Shown here one piece after another: positions 1-17,000 of a stretch of 64,000 bases of DNA. The stretch lies in NCBI RefSeq assembly GCF_009914755.1, contig NC_060947.1. One strand, written 5' to 3'. Both the position numbers and the translations under genes were made by a program. Under the pieces are notes generated by a model that was not told the DNA's origin, searched no databases, and was given only the letters and a program-made list of their open reading frames with translations. Position 1 is the first letter of the stretch. The number at the start of each line of letters is the position of its first letter. The DNA comes from the human T2T-CHM13v2.0 reference genome, Homo sapiens.

Positions 1-635
1 AAGTTCTCTTGGAGGGTAGAGCAACCACTAGGCTTACTGTTTAGTCAGACATGGGCACAGTGTTTCAGGGAGCTTTGCAAGGCCCTCTCACTTTGTCAGG
101 GAATCAGTGTTGCATGCACCCGAGGAATCATAGTAAAAATTATGGTGGATCTTCAGAGATAAAGGTGCTTGGTAGTTACTGGCCCCCAGGACAAAATACA
201 TGCCAGCTATGGGCCACGTTTCAAGATGGAATTATGCCATAACCACTCAGCTCATGAGAGTTAGGTTGCAAAGACTGTTTCTGCTATGGAGCAATGCAAA
301 CACACAAAAACCTGGTAACTGTGCACATTAGATTCCAAACCTATGGGCAGTAGGGGATACTACTGTAGCAATGACTGTTGGCATCTCTGGTGGAGATGGG
401 GAATGATGAGGGCCAGCGTACCTTTCTTCTTTCAGAAGTTCCCACTTGGTCCCCACACTATGGTGCTATCCTGTGCTTTTATATTTCATAGAAATTTTCT
501 TGCTTCCCTTGTGCTCTCCAGCATATTTTTTAAGCTACTCTAGTCAAAATATATATTATTTTGTTATTTTGTTTACTTTTTATTGGTGAGGAAGCATGCC
601 AGGCAACTCTGGTAAGTAAACTTGATTATATCACT
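1..635 (-). mobile_element. Ancient L1M 5' UTR remnant
   Basis: Degenerate resemblance to antisense L1M 5' ends (…gaggaagcatgccaggcaactctggt…); heavily diverged. Confidence 0.4.
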
Positions 636-3177
636 TCACTGTATTATTAAATTTTAAACATATGTTCAATTTTTAGACCTATAGTTTCTTTAAAATAAAT
701 CAACATATAACAAAAATTAATTTTGTAGTTCACCAAACCTTTGCATGTTATAAAACTTTCTACTATATTCACTTGTCAATAAGAGACACGATTATTAATT
801 AGAAAGCAGTATGTTCATTATTTATTTTTGTAATTTTTATTGATACATAGTAGGTGTATATAATTGTAGGGTACATGTGATACTTTGATACAGGCAGACA
901 ATACATAGTAATTATACCAGGGTAAATGAGGTATCAGTCAATGCAAGTGTTTATTTTTTGTATTACAAACAATCTAAGTTCACTTTTTTCTCAATAAATT
1001 GTTGTTTGTTGTGTTGTGTTATTTTTTCACCCAGGTATTGAGCCTAATACCCATTACTTATTTTTTTCTGAACCTGATTTATTGGAACAATAAATAGTTT
1101 CAATGAACTGTTATGCTGATTTGCAATCAAATAGATCTATTTTCATTATATCTATATTTTTCTATCTATTAGCCATTTCCAGTGCCCCCCTTCATACTAT
1201 CTCTCAGCCTCTGGTACCCATCATTATAATCTCTATCTTCATGAGCTCAAATATTTTTAATTTTTAAATCCCAAAATAAGTGAAAACATGCAGAATTTGT
1301 CTTTCTGTGCCTGGATTATTTCATTCAATATAATGATCTCCAGTTCCATCTGTGTTGTTGCAAATGACAGGATCCCTTTCTTTTTTAAAGCTGAATAGTA
1401 TTTCAACGCGTATATGTAGTACATTTTCTTTATACATCAGTCTGTTGATGGACATTTAGGTGGCCTCAAAATCTTGGCTATTAGAAATACTGCTGCAGTA
1501 AAAATGAGAGTGCACGTCTTTAAAATATACCAATTTTCTTTTTGGAGTGCGTGTACCCAGCAATGTGATTGCTGGATTATATGGTAGCTCTAGTTTTAGT
1601 TTTCTGAGGAAAGTTCAAACTGTTCTCCATAGTGGATGTACTAACTTATGTTCACACCAACAGTTTATGAGGCTGCCATTTTATAACATTTTCACCATTA
1701 TTTACTATTGCCTGCCTTTTGAATAAAAGCTATTTTAACTGGGTTGAGATAATATCTACTTGTAGTTTTGATTTGCATTTGTCTGATGTTCGAGGATGTT
1801 GAGCACCTTTTCATGTACCTATTTGCCATTTGTATATCTTCTTTTGAGAAATGTCTATTCTGATCTGTTGCCAATTTTAAAAATCATATTCAAATTTTTC
1901 CTATAGAGATGTTTGAATTCCTTATATATTCCAGTTATTAATACCGTATCAGATGGGTAGCTTGCAAATATTTTCTTCTATTCTGTGGGTTGTCTCTTCA
2001 CTTTGTTGATTGTCGCCTTTGACTTGCAGAATCTTTTTAACTTGATGTGATTCCATTTATTTATTTTTGCTTTGATTGCCTGTTCTTGTGGGGTGTTACT
2101 CAAAAAAATCTTGTCCACTCCAATTACCTAGAAAGTATTCCCAATTTATTTTAGTACTTTCATTGTTTGAGGACTTAGATTTAAGCCTTTAATCTATTTA
2201 GATTTTATTTTTGTTTATTGCCAGAGATAGGATTCTACTTTCATTTTTTTGCAGATGTATATCCAGGTTTTCCAGCACCATTTATTGAAGAGACTGTCTT
2301 TTCACCAATGTGTATTTGCATCTTTGTTAAAAATGAGTACACTGCAGATGTATGGATTCATTTCTCGGTTTTCTATTCTGTTCCATTGGTCTATGAGTCT
2401 TTACTAAAATACCAGGATGTTGTGGTTACTAGAGCTCTGTAGTATAATTTGAAGCCAGATAATGTAATTCCTTCCGTTTCATTCTTTTTGCTCAAAATAC
2501 CTTTGGCTGTTCTGTTATTTGTAATTCTTTATAGATTTTAGAATTTTTAAGGTTTTCATTTCTGTAAAGAATGTTGTTGACATTTTGACACAGACTGTAT
2601 TGAATCTACAGATTGCTTTTAGTAATATAGACATTTTAACAATAGTGATTCTTCTAATCAATGAATATGGAATATCTTTCCACATTTATGAAACCTCATA
2701 AAATACTTTCATCAATGTTTTATAGCTTTCATTTAGATTTATATCACTTTTTTGCTTAAATTAATTCCTAGGTATTTTATTTTATTTGTAGCATTGTAAA
2801 TGAGATAAGGTTCTTGAATTTTTTTCAGATTGCCCACTGTTTACACATAGAAATGCAACTGGGTTTGTACGTTGATTTTGCATCTGCAACTTTACTAAAT
2901 TTTTGTATCAATGTTCATTAGAAATATTGACCCTCGGTTTTCTTTCTTTTTATATTTTTGATGTGTCTTTTGGTTTGCTATCAAGGTAATACTGAATTCA
3001 TATAATGAGTTTGGAAGTATTTTCTTCTTCGCTGTTTTTTAGAATCATTTAAGTAGGATCAGTATTAGTTCTTGTTAAAATTTGAAAAAAAATAAACAGC
3101 AAAGCCATTGGGTCCCAGGTTTTCATTTGCTGAGAGACTTTTTATTACAGCTTCTATATCATTAGCTGTTATTTGAC

Positions 3178-3560
3178 TGATATGGTTAGGCTTTTTTCCC
3201 CACCTAAATCTCATCTTGAATTATAATATCCATAATTCCCATAATCCCCATGTGTTAAGGGAGAGACCAGGTGGACGTAATTGGATTATGGGTGTGGTTT
3301 CCCCCATGCTGTTCTCATGATAGTGAGTGAGTTGTCATGAGATCTGATGGTTTTATAAGTGTTTGGTAGTTCCTTTTGTGTTCATTTTTCTTCCTGCTGC
3401 CCTGTGAAGATTTCTTGCTTCCCGTTCACATTCCTCCATGTTTGTAAGTATTCTGAGGCCTCCCCAGCCATGCAGAACTGTGAGTCAAGTAAACATCTTT
3501 TCTTTATAAATTAGCCAGCCTCAGGCAGTTCTTTACAGCAGTATGAAAACAGATTAATAC
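3178..3560 (+). mobile_element. THE1D-like MaLR solo LTR
   Basis: tgatatggttaggc…cagattaatac termini and THE1 body; flanks ttgac/ttgat fit a 5-bp TSD. Confidence 0.88.
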
Positions 3561-3831
3561 TTGATCTCTTCAGGTTTTGGATTTCTTCTTGGTTCAGTCT
3601 TGGCAGGCTATATGTGTCTACGAATTTATTCATTTCTTCTAAATTTTCCAATTTATTGGCAAATATTGCTCAGAGTAGCCTCTAATAGTCCTTTGAATTA
3701 CTGTGGTAACAGTTGTAATGTCTCCTTTTCATTTATGGTTTTACTTACAAGAGTTTTCTCTTATTTCTTAGTCTAGTTAAAGATTTGTAGATGTTAGTTA
3801 CCTTTTACAACTTTTTTTTCAACATGAAGCA

Positions 3832-4118
3832 TTTTTCTTTTTATTATTATAAGCTTTAGGGTACATGTGCACAATGTGCAGGTTTGTTACATATGTATAC
3901 ATGTGCCATGTTGGTGTGCTGCACCCATTAACTCGTCATTTAACATTAGGTATATCACCTAATGCTATCCCTCCCCCCTCCCCCCACCCCACAACAGGCC
4001 TCGGTGTGTGATGTTCCCCTTCCTGTGTCCATGTGTTCTCATTGTTCAATTCCCAACTATGAGTGAGAACATGTGCTGTTTGGTTTTTTGTCCTTGCGAT
4101 AGTTTGCTGAGAATGATG
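3832..4118 (-). mobile_element. Short 5'-truncated L1PA (PA4/5-like) 3' end
   Basis: T-rich tail then antisense L1PA 3' UTR (tagggtacatgtgcacaatgtgcagg…ctgagaatgatg). Confidence 0.9.
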
Positions 4119-4601
4119 TTATTTCATTGATTTTTGTATTGTTTTCTTTATTTCAATATTTTTTTTCTCAGATCTTTATTATTCCTTTTATTCTACTACT
4201 TTTTGGTTTTGTTTGCCTTTGTTTTTCTTCTTCTTTAAGCTGTATCATTAGGTTGTTTATTTGAAGTTTTACTACTTTTTAAAATAAAGTCACTATTAGC
4301 CATAAACTTTTCTCTTAGTACATTGTTTACTGTAGTTCATAGAATTTGGTATGTTGTGATTTTTTTTAAATTTTATTTTTATTTACTTATTTTTTTTTAT
4401 TATACTTTAAATTTTAGGGTACATGTGCACAAAGTGAAGGTTTCTTACATATGTACACATGTGCCATGTGGGTGTGCTGCACCCATTAACTCATCATTTA
4501 ACATTAGGTATATCTCTTAATGATATCCCTCCCCCCTCCCCACCTCACAACAGACCCTGGTGTGTGATGCTCCCCTTCCTGTGTCCGTGTGTTCTCATTG
4601 T

Positions 4602-8331
<3,730 letters not shown>

Positions 8332-8394
8332 TATGATGTTAGCTAGTTATTTTGTTCGTTAGTTGATGCAGTTTCTTCCTAGCCTCGATGGTGT

Positions 8395-9212
8395 TTACAA
8401 TTTGTCATATTTTTGCAGTGGCTGGTACTGGTTGTTCCTTTCCATGTTTAGTGCTTCCTTCAGGAGCTCTTTTGGGGCAGGCATGGTGGTGACAAAATCC
8501 CTCAGCATTTGCTTGTCTGTGAAGGATTTTATTTTCCTTCACTTATGAAGCTTAGTTTGGCTGGATATGAAATTCTGGGTTGAAAATTCTTTTCTTTAAG
8601 AATGTTGAATATTGGCCCCCACTCTCTTCTGGCTTGTAGAGTTTCTGTCAAGAGACCAGCTGTTAGTCTGATGGGCTTCCCTTTGTGGGTAACCCGACCT
8701 TTCTCTCTGTCTGCCCTTAACATTTTTTCCTTCATTTCAACTTTGGTGAATCTGACAATTATGCGTCTTGGAGTTGCTCTTCTCAATGAGTATCTTTGTG
8801 GCATTCTCTGTATTTCCTGAATTTCAGTGTTGGCCTGCCCTGCTTGGTTGGGGAAGTTCTCCTGGATAATATCCTGCAAAGTGTTTTCCAACTTGGTTCC
8901 ATTCTCCCCGTCACTTTCAGGTACACCAATCAGATGTAGATTTGGTCTTTTCACATAGTCCCATATTTCTTGGAGGCTTTGTTCATTTCTTTTTATTCTT
9001 TTTCCTCTTAACTTCTTTTCTTGCTTCATTTCATTCATTTCATCTTCCATCACTGATACCCTTGATCATCTGAAGCCTTCTTCTCTCAACTCGTCAAAGT
9101 CATTCTCCATCCAGCTTTGTTCATTTGCTGGTGAGGAGGTGCTTTCCTTTGGAGGAGGAGAGGTGCTCAGATTTTTAGAGTTTCCAGTTTTTCTGCGCTG
9201 TTTTTTCCCCAT
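8395..9212 (-). pseudogene. L1 ORF1p remnant with coiled-coil deletion
   Basis: MGKKQRRKTGNSK… start; …QSLQEIWDYVKRPN…ARREWGPIFNILK…; break at ~9062. Confidence 0.92.
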
Positions 9213-9778
9213 CTTTGTGGTTTTATCAACGTTTTGTCTTTGATTATGGTGACGTACAGATGGGTTCTGGTGTGTATGTCCTTTCTGTTTGTTAGTTTTC
9301 CTTCTAACAGTCAGGACCCTCAGCTGCAGGTCTGTTGGAGTTTGCTGGAGGTCCACTCCAGACCCTGTTTACTTTGGTATCAGCAACAGAGGCTGCAGAA
9401 CAGCGAATATTGCTGAACAGCATGTGCTGCTGCCTGATCATTCCTCTGGAAGTTTTGTCTCGGTGTAGTACCCGGCCGTGTGAGATGTCAGTCTGCCCCT
9501 ACCGGGGGGTGCCTCCCAGTTGGGCTACTCGGGGGTCAGGGACCCACTTGAAGAGGCAATCTGTCCATTCCCAGTTGCATGCTGGGAGAACCACTACTCT
9601 CTTCAAAGCTGTCAGACAGGGACTGTTAACTCTGCAGAGGTTTCTGCTGCCTTTTGTTTGACTATGCCCTGCCCCCAGAGGTGGAGTCTACAGAGGCAGG
9701 CAGGCCTCCTTGAGCTGCAGTGGGATCCACCCAGTATGAGCTTCCTGGCTGTTTTGTTTACCTACTCAAGCCTCAAAA

Positions 9779-9853
9779 ATGGTGGAGGCCCCTCCCCCAG
9801 CCTGGCTGCTGCCTTGCAGTTTGATCTCAGACTGCTGTGCTAGCAATGAGTGA
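9779..9853 (+). pseudogene. Truncated L1 ORF0 (antisense 5' UTR ORF)
   Basis: Translates MVEAPPPAWLLPCSLISDCCASNE*, matching the N-terminus of L1 ORF0p; premature TGA at 9851. Confidence 0.75.
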
Positions 9854-10914
9854 GGCTCCGTGGGGGTAGGACCCCCGAGCCAGGCACAGGATATAATCTC
9901 CTGGTGTGCCATTTGCTAAGACCATTTGAAAAGTGCAGTATTAGGGTGGGAGTGACCTGATTTTCCGGGTGCCATCTGTCACCTCTTTCTTTGACTAGGA
10001 AAGGGAATTCCCTGACCCCTTGGGCCTCCCAGGTGAGGCAATGCCTCACCCTGCTTTGGCTCATGCTTGGTGTGCTGCACCCACTATCCTGCACCCTCTG
10101 TCTGACACTCCCCAGTGAGATGAAGGCAGTACTCAGTTGGAAATGCAGACATCACCCGTCTTCTGCGTCGCTCATGCTGGGAGCTGTAGAATGGAGCTGT
10201 TCCTATTCATCCATCTTGGCTCCACTGTTGTGATTTTTATCATTTGTTTGAAAAGATATTTCAATTCATATTTTAATTTCTTCATTAACTCATTCATCAT
10301 TTAGAGACATAGAGTTTAATTTCCACATCATTTTATAGATTTTTAAAATTCTTCTTGATATTGTTTTCTAGTTATAGTCCACTGTGTTCATAGAAGATAG
10401 TCGATATTATTTAATTTTTTTCTTTAAGACCTGTTTTGTGACCTAACATATTGTCTGTATTTGACAATGATTCATATACTGAGGAGAAGAATGTTTATTC
10501 TGAAATCATTAGATAAAATGTTCTGTAAATATCTATTAGGTCCATTTGTTCTATAGTGAAGATTAAATTTGATATTTCTTTGTTTATTTTCTCTCTGAAA
10601 GATCTGTCCAATTTTGAAAATGGCATATTGAAATCTCCAGCTATGATTGTATTGGGGCTTATCCTTTTTATTAGCGCTAATAAATTTTTTCCATATGTGG
10701 ATGTGGCAGTGCTTTATATATATATATATATACACATTTATATGCACACACACACAATTGTTATATTCTTTTGCTGAAATATTTCCTTTATTAGTATATA
10801 ATAGCATTCTTTGTCTGTTTTTAAAGGTTTTGTCTTGAAATCTACTTTGTCTGATATAAGCATGAGGACTCCTGCTCTGTTTTGGTTTCCGTTGACATCA
10901 TATATCTTTTTCCA

Positions 10915-11982
10915 TCATATATATAATATAATAATATATATTACATATAAATATATAATATAATATATATTACATATAAATATATAATATAATAATATAT
11001 ATTACATATAAATATATAATAATATATGTTACATATAAATATATAATATAATAATATATATTACATATAAACATATAATATAATAATATATATTACATAT
11101 AAACATGTAATATAATAATATATATTACATATAAACATGTAATATAATAATATATATTACATATAAACATGTAGTATAATAATATATATTACATATGAAT
11201 ACATAATATAATAATATATATTACATATGAATACATAATATAATAATATATATTACATATGAATACATAATATAATAATATATATTACATATGAATACAT
11301 AATATAATAATATATATTACATATGAATACATAATATAATAATATATATTACATATGAATACATAATATAATAATATATATTACATATGAATACATAATA
11401 TAATAATATATATTACATATGAATACATAATATAATAATATATATTACACATGAATACATAATATAATGATATATATTACACATGAATACATAATATAAT
11501 GATATATATTACACATGAATACATAATATAATGATATATATTACACATAAACATATAATATAATAATATATATTACACATAAACATATAATATAAGAATA
11601 TATATTACACATAAACATATAATATAATAATATATATTACATATAAACATATAATATAATAATACATATTACATATAAACATATAATATAATAATATATA
11701 TTACATATAAATATATAATATAATAATATATATTACATATAAACATATAATATAATAATATATATTACATATAAACATATAATATAATAATATATATTAC
11801 ATATAAACATATAATACTATATATTACATATAAACATATAATATAATACTATATATTACATATAAACATATAATATAATACATATTACATATAAATATAT
11901 AATATAATAATATATATTACATATAAACTTATAATATAATAATATATATTACATATAAACATATAATATATATTATATATAT
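10915..11982. repeat. AT-rich minisatellite, ~32-bp unit, ~33 copies
   Basis: Unit ttacatataaacatataatataataatatata with block-wise variants. Confidence 0.95.
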
Positions 11983-12128
11983 AGTTATTTTTTGTTTGTT
12001 TTCACAGTCAGTATTAAGTGGTCATCAGTTAAAAGCAATGGGTTAAAGATATTATTTTCATGATTTATTGTAACCTTGAATCAAAAATATACAACAGAAT
12101 TAAAATGGAAATAAAAAGTAAGATATTA
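11983..12128 (+). repeat. Inverted duplicate of L1MA segment 12407-~12555
   Basis: Reverse-complement match, e.g. gaattaaaatggaaataaaaagtaagatatta vs taatatcttgctttttatttccattttaattc. Confidence 0.85.
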
Positions 12129-13352
12129 ACATATATTTTTATATATATATAATGTCTTTATAGGTGAATTTTGGGTTTTTGTAGGAAACAGATAATTGGG
12201 TCTTGTTTTGTAATCCATTCAGCCATTCTATGCCTTTAAATTGGTGAGTTTAGTCAATTTACATTCAATGTTATTATTGATAAGTAGGGAATTACCCCTG
12301 TCACTATGATATTTGTTTTCTGGTTGTCTGGTGATCTTCTATTTTTTTTTTTTTTACTTTTTTTGTCTTCATTTTAGTAAAGGTAATTTTCCTTGTTGGT
12401 ATGTCCTAATATCTTGCTTTTTATTTCCATTTTAATTCTCTTGGATATTTTTGATTCAAGGCTACAATAAGTCATGCAAATAATGTCTTGTAACCCATTA
12501 TTTTTTAACTGATTACAGCTTAATACTGACTGCATAAACAAACAAACAAGCAAACAAAAACTAATAAAAACTCTACTCTTTAACTTCATCTGTACACTTC
12601 TTCACTTTTTGTTATTTTTATTTATATGTTATTGTATTTTTTATATCTTGAAAGGTTGTTGGAATTATTTTTATTGGATTCTTTTTAAAACTTTCTATTA
12701 AAATTATGAGTGGTTTACAGACCACAATTAAAGTCTAATATCATTCTTTGTCTTTCTGTGTATTTACTCCTAGCAGTAAATTCTGTAGGCTTTATTAATT
12801 TTTTTATGTCTCATTAAAGTCTTTTTTATTCAGACTGAAGAACTCCCTTTAATATTTTGTGTAGGAAAGACCTGGTATTGATAAAATCTCATAGATATTG
12901 TTTTTCTTGAAAAGTCTTTTTTATTCTTTATTTGTGAGGGATGTTTTCACTGGATATATTTTTCTAGGATTTAAGGCGTATTTTTTAATCAGCACTTTAA
13001 ATATGACACGCCACTTTCTTTGGCTTGTAAGATTTACACTGAAAAATCTGATGCCTGATGTGTTGGAATTTGATTGGATTTTATTTCTTACCGCTTTTAG
13101 GATACCTTCTTTCTTCCTGAATTTTGGAAATTTGATTATTAAATGTCTTGAGGCAGTCTTATTTGGTTTTAATCTACTTAGTGTTTCATTACCTTATTTT
13201 ACTCAAATATTGCTATATTTCTCTACTTTTTGGAAGTTCTCTGTTATCATCTTTTTGAATAAACTTTCTATTTCTAGATCTCTTGTTATCTCCTCTTTAA
13301 AGCCAATAGTTATTTTTATTAAGGTATACATTTATGCAATTTCCACACATTA

Positions 13353-13606
13353 AGAGGCCGAGGTGGTTAGATCAATTGAGCCCAGGAGTTCAAGACAACC
13401 CTGGGCAGGCAAGTTGGTGAAACCCTATCTCTACACCCCCAAAATACAAAACTTAACCAGGCTTGGTGACATGCAACTGCATTTCTAGCTAATCAGAAGG
13501 CTGAGGAGGTAGGGTCACTTGAACCCTGGAGGTGGGGGTTGCAGTGAACCGGGATCACAACAGCGCACTCCAGCTTGGGTGACAGAGTAAGAACTTGTCT
13601 CAAAAA
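13353..13606 (+). mobile_element. 5'-truncated AluJ-like
   Basis: gaggccgagg…ttgagcccaggagttcaagac…gacagagtaagaacttgtctcaaaaa. Confidence 0.85.
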
Positions 13607-13614
13607 ATATCAGA

Positions 13615-14005
13615 TATTATTTTAGATACAATAGGTCCATGTGCAAAATAGTTACATGGTTATATTGGACCTAGGTATTGAGAACAGCACCCAAAATGTA
13701 GTTTGTCAATTTATTTCCTACTTCCTGTCTACCCCTTCTAGTAGTCCACTATTGATATTTTTTCCAAGTTTATGTCTATGTGTGTTCAATGTTGAGCTCC
13801 CAATTATAAGTGAGAATATGTAATATTTAATTTTTTTTCTGCTTTTAGTTTGCTTAAGACTATGGTCCCCAGCTCCATCCATGTTACTTCAAAGGACATA
13901 ATTCAATTTCTTTATGACTGTGTAGTTTTCTGTGATGTATACATAACAGTTTCTTTATATAATCCACCATCGATGGGCCCCTAAGTTGACTGCATGATTT
14001 TTGTA
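13615..14005 (-). mobile_element. L1PB/L1PA16-like 3' end
   Basis: Antisense 3' UTR (…gctcccaattataagtgagaatatg…cagctccatccatgtt…). Confidence 0.75.
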
Positions 14006-17000
14006 TTATTTTTACTTTTAACTTCTCTATGTATTTTTAAGTAGCCTATCTTCAAGCTAACAAATTGTTGCTTCTGATTGATCAATTCTGGTGTTAAAAG
14101 ACTGATGCATTGTTTAGGATGTCAATTGTATTTTTCAACTCCAGAATTTCTGCTTGATTCTTCTTAATTGTTTCAATTTTTGTCAAATTTATCTATAGAA
14201 TTCTAAATTATTTCTCTGTTATTTTAAATGCCATTCAGTTATTTCAAAACAGATATTTTGAATTCTGTCTAAAATATCTTCTATCTCTGTCTCTCCATGA
14301 TTATTCAATGTTGCCTTATTTGGTTAGTTTGGTGAGGTCATGTTTTCCTGAATAGTCTTCGTACTTGCAGATGTTTGTTGGTGTCTGAGAGTTAGATATT
14401 TATTGTATTCCTCTAAGTCTGGGCTTGTTTGTACCCGTTTTTGGGGGGGACGGAGAGGCTTACTAGTTACGTGAAGGGACTTGGGTGTTGTGATCTACAT
14501 TTTTGGTAACTGCAGCCATATCTGCATTAGGGAGCATCCCAAGCTCAGTAACACTGTGGCTCCTGCAGACTTTTAGAGGTACCACCTTGTTGGTCTTAGA
14601 TAAGATTTGGAATAATTATCTGGATTAACAGACACTTTTTAAATCTTTTCTTACTTTCTTTCCCACAAGAATGGAGTCTCTCTATATTTCCTGTGCTACC
14701 TAGTGCTGTGACAGTGGTGACACAAGCACCCTTATGTCCACAACCACTGAGACTGCACTGGTCAGACCTGAAGCCAGTGCAGCATTGGGTCTGACTCAAT
14801 GCCCATAGTAACTATTGAGTGACTATGGCTTATGTTTTCTCCAGACCTTAAGGCTCTACAATCATCAGGTGCTAAAGTCAGTCAAGCTTGTGTCCTTTCC
14901 TTAAGAGTAGTTAGTTCTTTCTGGCCCCAGGAGGGTCCAGAGATGCTATCTGGGAGTCAAGGCCTCAAGTGGGGGATTTCAAGAATCTACCTGGTGCTCT
15001 GTTCTACTGTGGCTGAGCCACAAGACAAAGTCCTTTACACAAGCACAAAAGCCTCTCCCTGTGGCCACCACCACCCCAGACCCACAGTGAATACTGCTTA
15101 TCTACCGTCAATGTTTATTCAAGGCCCAAGTGTTCTTTAGTTACCTTGTGGTGAATACTGCCAGGCCTGGAACTCTCTTTTCAGGGAAGTGGGCTCACCT
15201 CTGGGTTGGTAAAGACTTAGAAATGCTGACCAAGAGCCAAGGCCTGTAATAAGGGGCTCTAAGAGCCTGCTTGGGAGAACTCAGTAGTGGGGAGAGCACA
15301 CTACTCTGGCCAAGCTGGTATCTAAACTGGAAGATGAAGTCCTTTTTATTCTTTTGTTTTATTTTTTCAAGCAGGCATCTGTTCACATAGTCACCACAGT
15401 TGGGAATGTGCTACATCACACCTGAAGTGAACAAATCTCTGATACATACCCAAGGATCATGGAGATGCATTCCTGGCTACCTCTGCTGTTTATTCAGGGA
15501 CCAAGGGTTCTTTAGTCAGCAGGTAGTGAATTCTGCCTGGACTGGGTCCTTTCCTTCAAGGAAGCAGGTTTCCTTCCAGAATAAGGTGTGTCTAGAAATG
15601 TTTGTCAGGATCTAGGGCCTGGAATGGGGCCTTCAGACTTTGCCTGGTAACCTACTCTACTGTGACTAATATGGTATATAAATTGCAAGATAAAGTCATC
15701 TTTAATCTTTTCTCTCCTTTCCTGGAGTGAAAGTAAGGAGTTTCTCTAAGAGCTGCAAGCTTCACTGCCTGGAATTCGAGAGGGGTGGCACAACCACTAC
15801 CTTGGCCATCCCAGCTGGTGTCTCACTACTTAAAGTGCTCTCCAAATCTACTGGCTCCAAGCCCAGCACAGCACTATGTCCTGCTCATAATTTGCAGTCT
15901 TTGTGGGCTAGGCTGCCTTTTAAGGTTTTTTTTAGGACCCCTGATCTCTTTTGCCAGTGGTGGCAAGGCTTGCCAGAACTTGTGTTCTGACTGCTGGGAT
16001 GGATGACTCCCCTCTGGCTAGAAGTGGTCCAAATAATCCCATCCATCAGTGCTGGTTGAGTTCTCCCCACTGTTGGCTTTCTTCTGTGGCAGGGCAGGAC
16101 TGAGTTCTAATGTAAAGTCCCACAATCACTGTCTTTTACATGTAACATGGCCACTGTTATGGTTGGAAAGGGGTGGCATTGGCAACTCAAGACTGTCTTT
16201 CCTACCCTCTTTAGTGCCCCCTTTAGTGACATAAAGTTAAAACCAGGTAGTACAATTGCTCACCTAATTTTTGGTTCTTATAAGGAGGTTTTTGTGTACA
16301 TAGTTGCTCAATTTGGTGTTTCTGCAGAGAGGAAGATTGGTGAAGGCTTCTATTCAGCTATTTATCACTGCCTCCCAGATAAAAAAGTAAAAGGTTTAAA
16401 TTTGCGTCAAATATTACTCTGGCAATTAAAAAAGAGTAATACATTATATGTTAGCTATCATTGCATTCTCCGAACTTCTTAGCAACTATTAACTACCCCT
16501 TACCTCTTCAATATCATATGAGTCTTGCCTATTTTAAAAAATTCAAAGATTATACCTGGACTTTTCCCCAATTTTTAAACCAATATTTGTGCTTTGACCC
16601 CAGTCTAGTTGCAGACTGTCTCCAAGTTATAGCTCAACTTTATTTTTTTGACATTATGAAGGTTTTATCAATATATAACTTCATAATAAGTGTGGAGTAT
16701 GCTTATATATGTCAGATACCATGCACAAAATCACTGGACTCTGACAAAGATATTTAATAGCTAGCTATGTAAAACATGTTATGGAAGCAGAAAGCCTTGA
16801 AACAAAATGCCTGACTGATTATTACAACTTAAAGGGGTTTTGCTACAGAATTCTATTTGGTTAATCTTTCTAAACAAACTAGTAGAGAAACTAATTTCAC
16901 ACTAGAGCTCCACTAGAATATTATTAACCATTTAGTATTATATTTCTGCTCATAAAGTACTCTGAATTAATGATAAAAGTCAAAAATATTAGAGAGAGTA

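Noticed and set aside
10915-11982. CRISPR-like array
   Set aside because: Head-to-tail tandem units without unique spacers, in primate DNA
12898-13353. 151-aa hydrophobic ORF resembling a membrane protein
   Set aside because: T-rich antisense strand of decayed L1MA ORF1 gives Phe/Leu-rich chance frames
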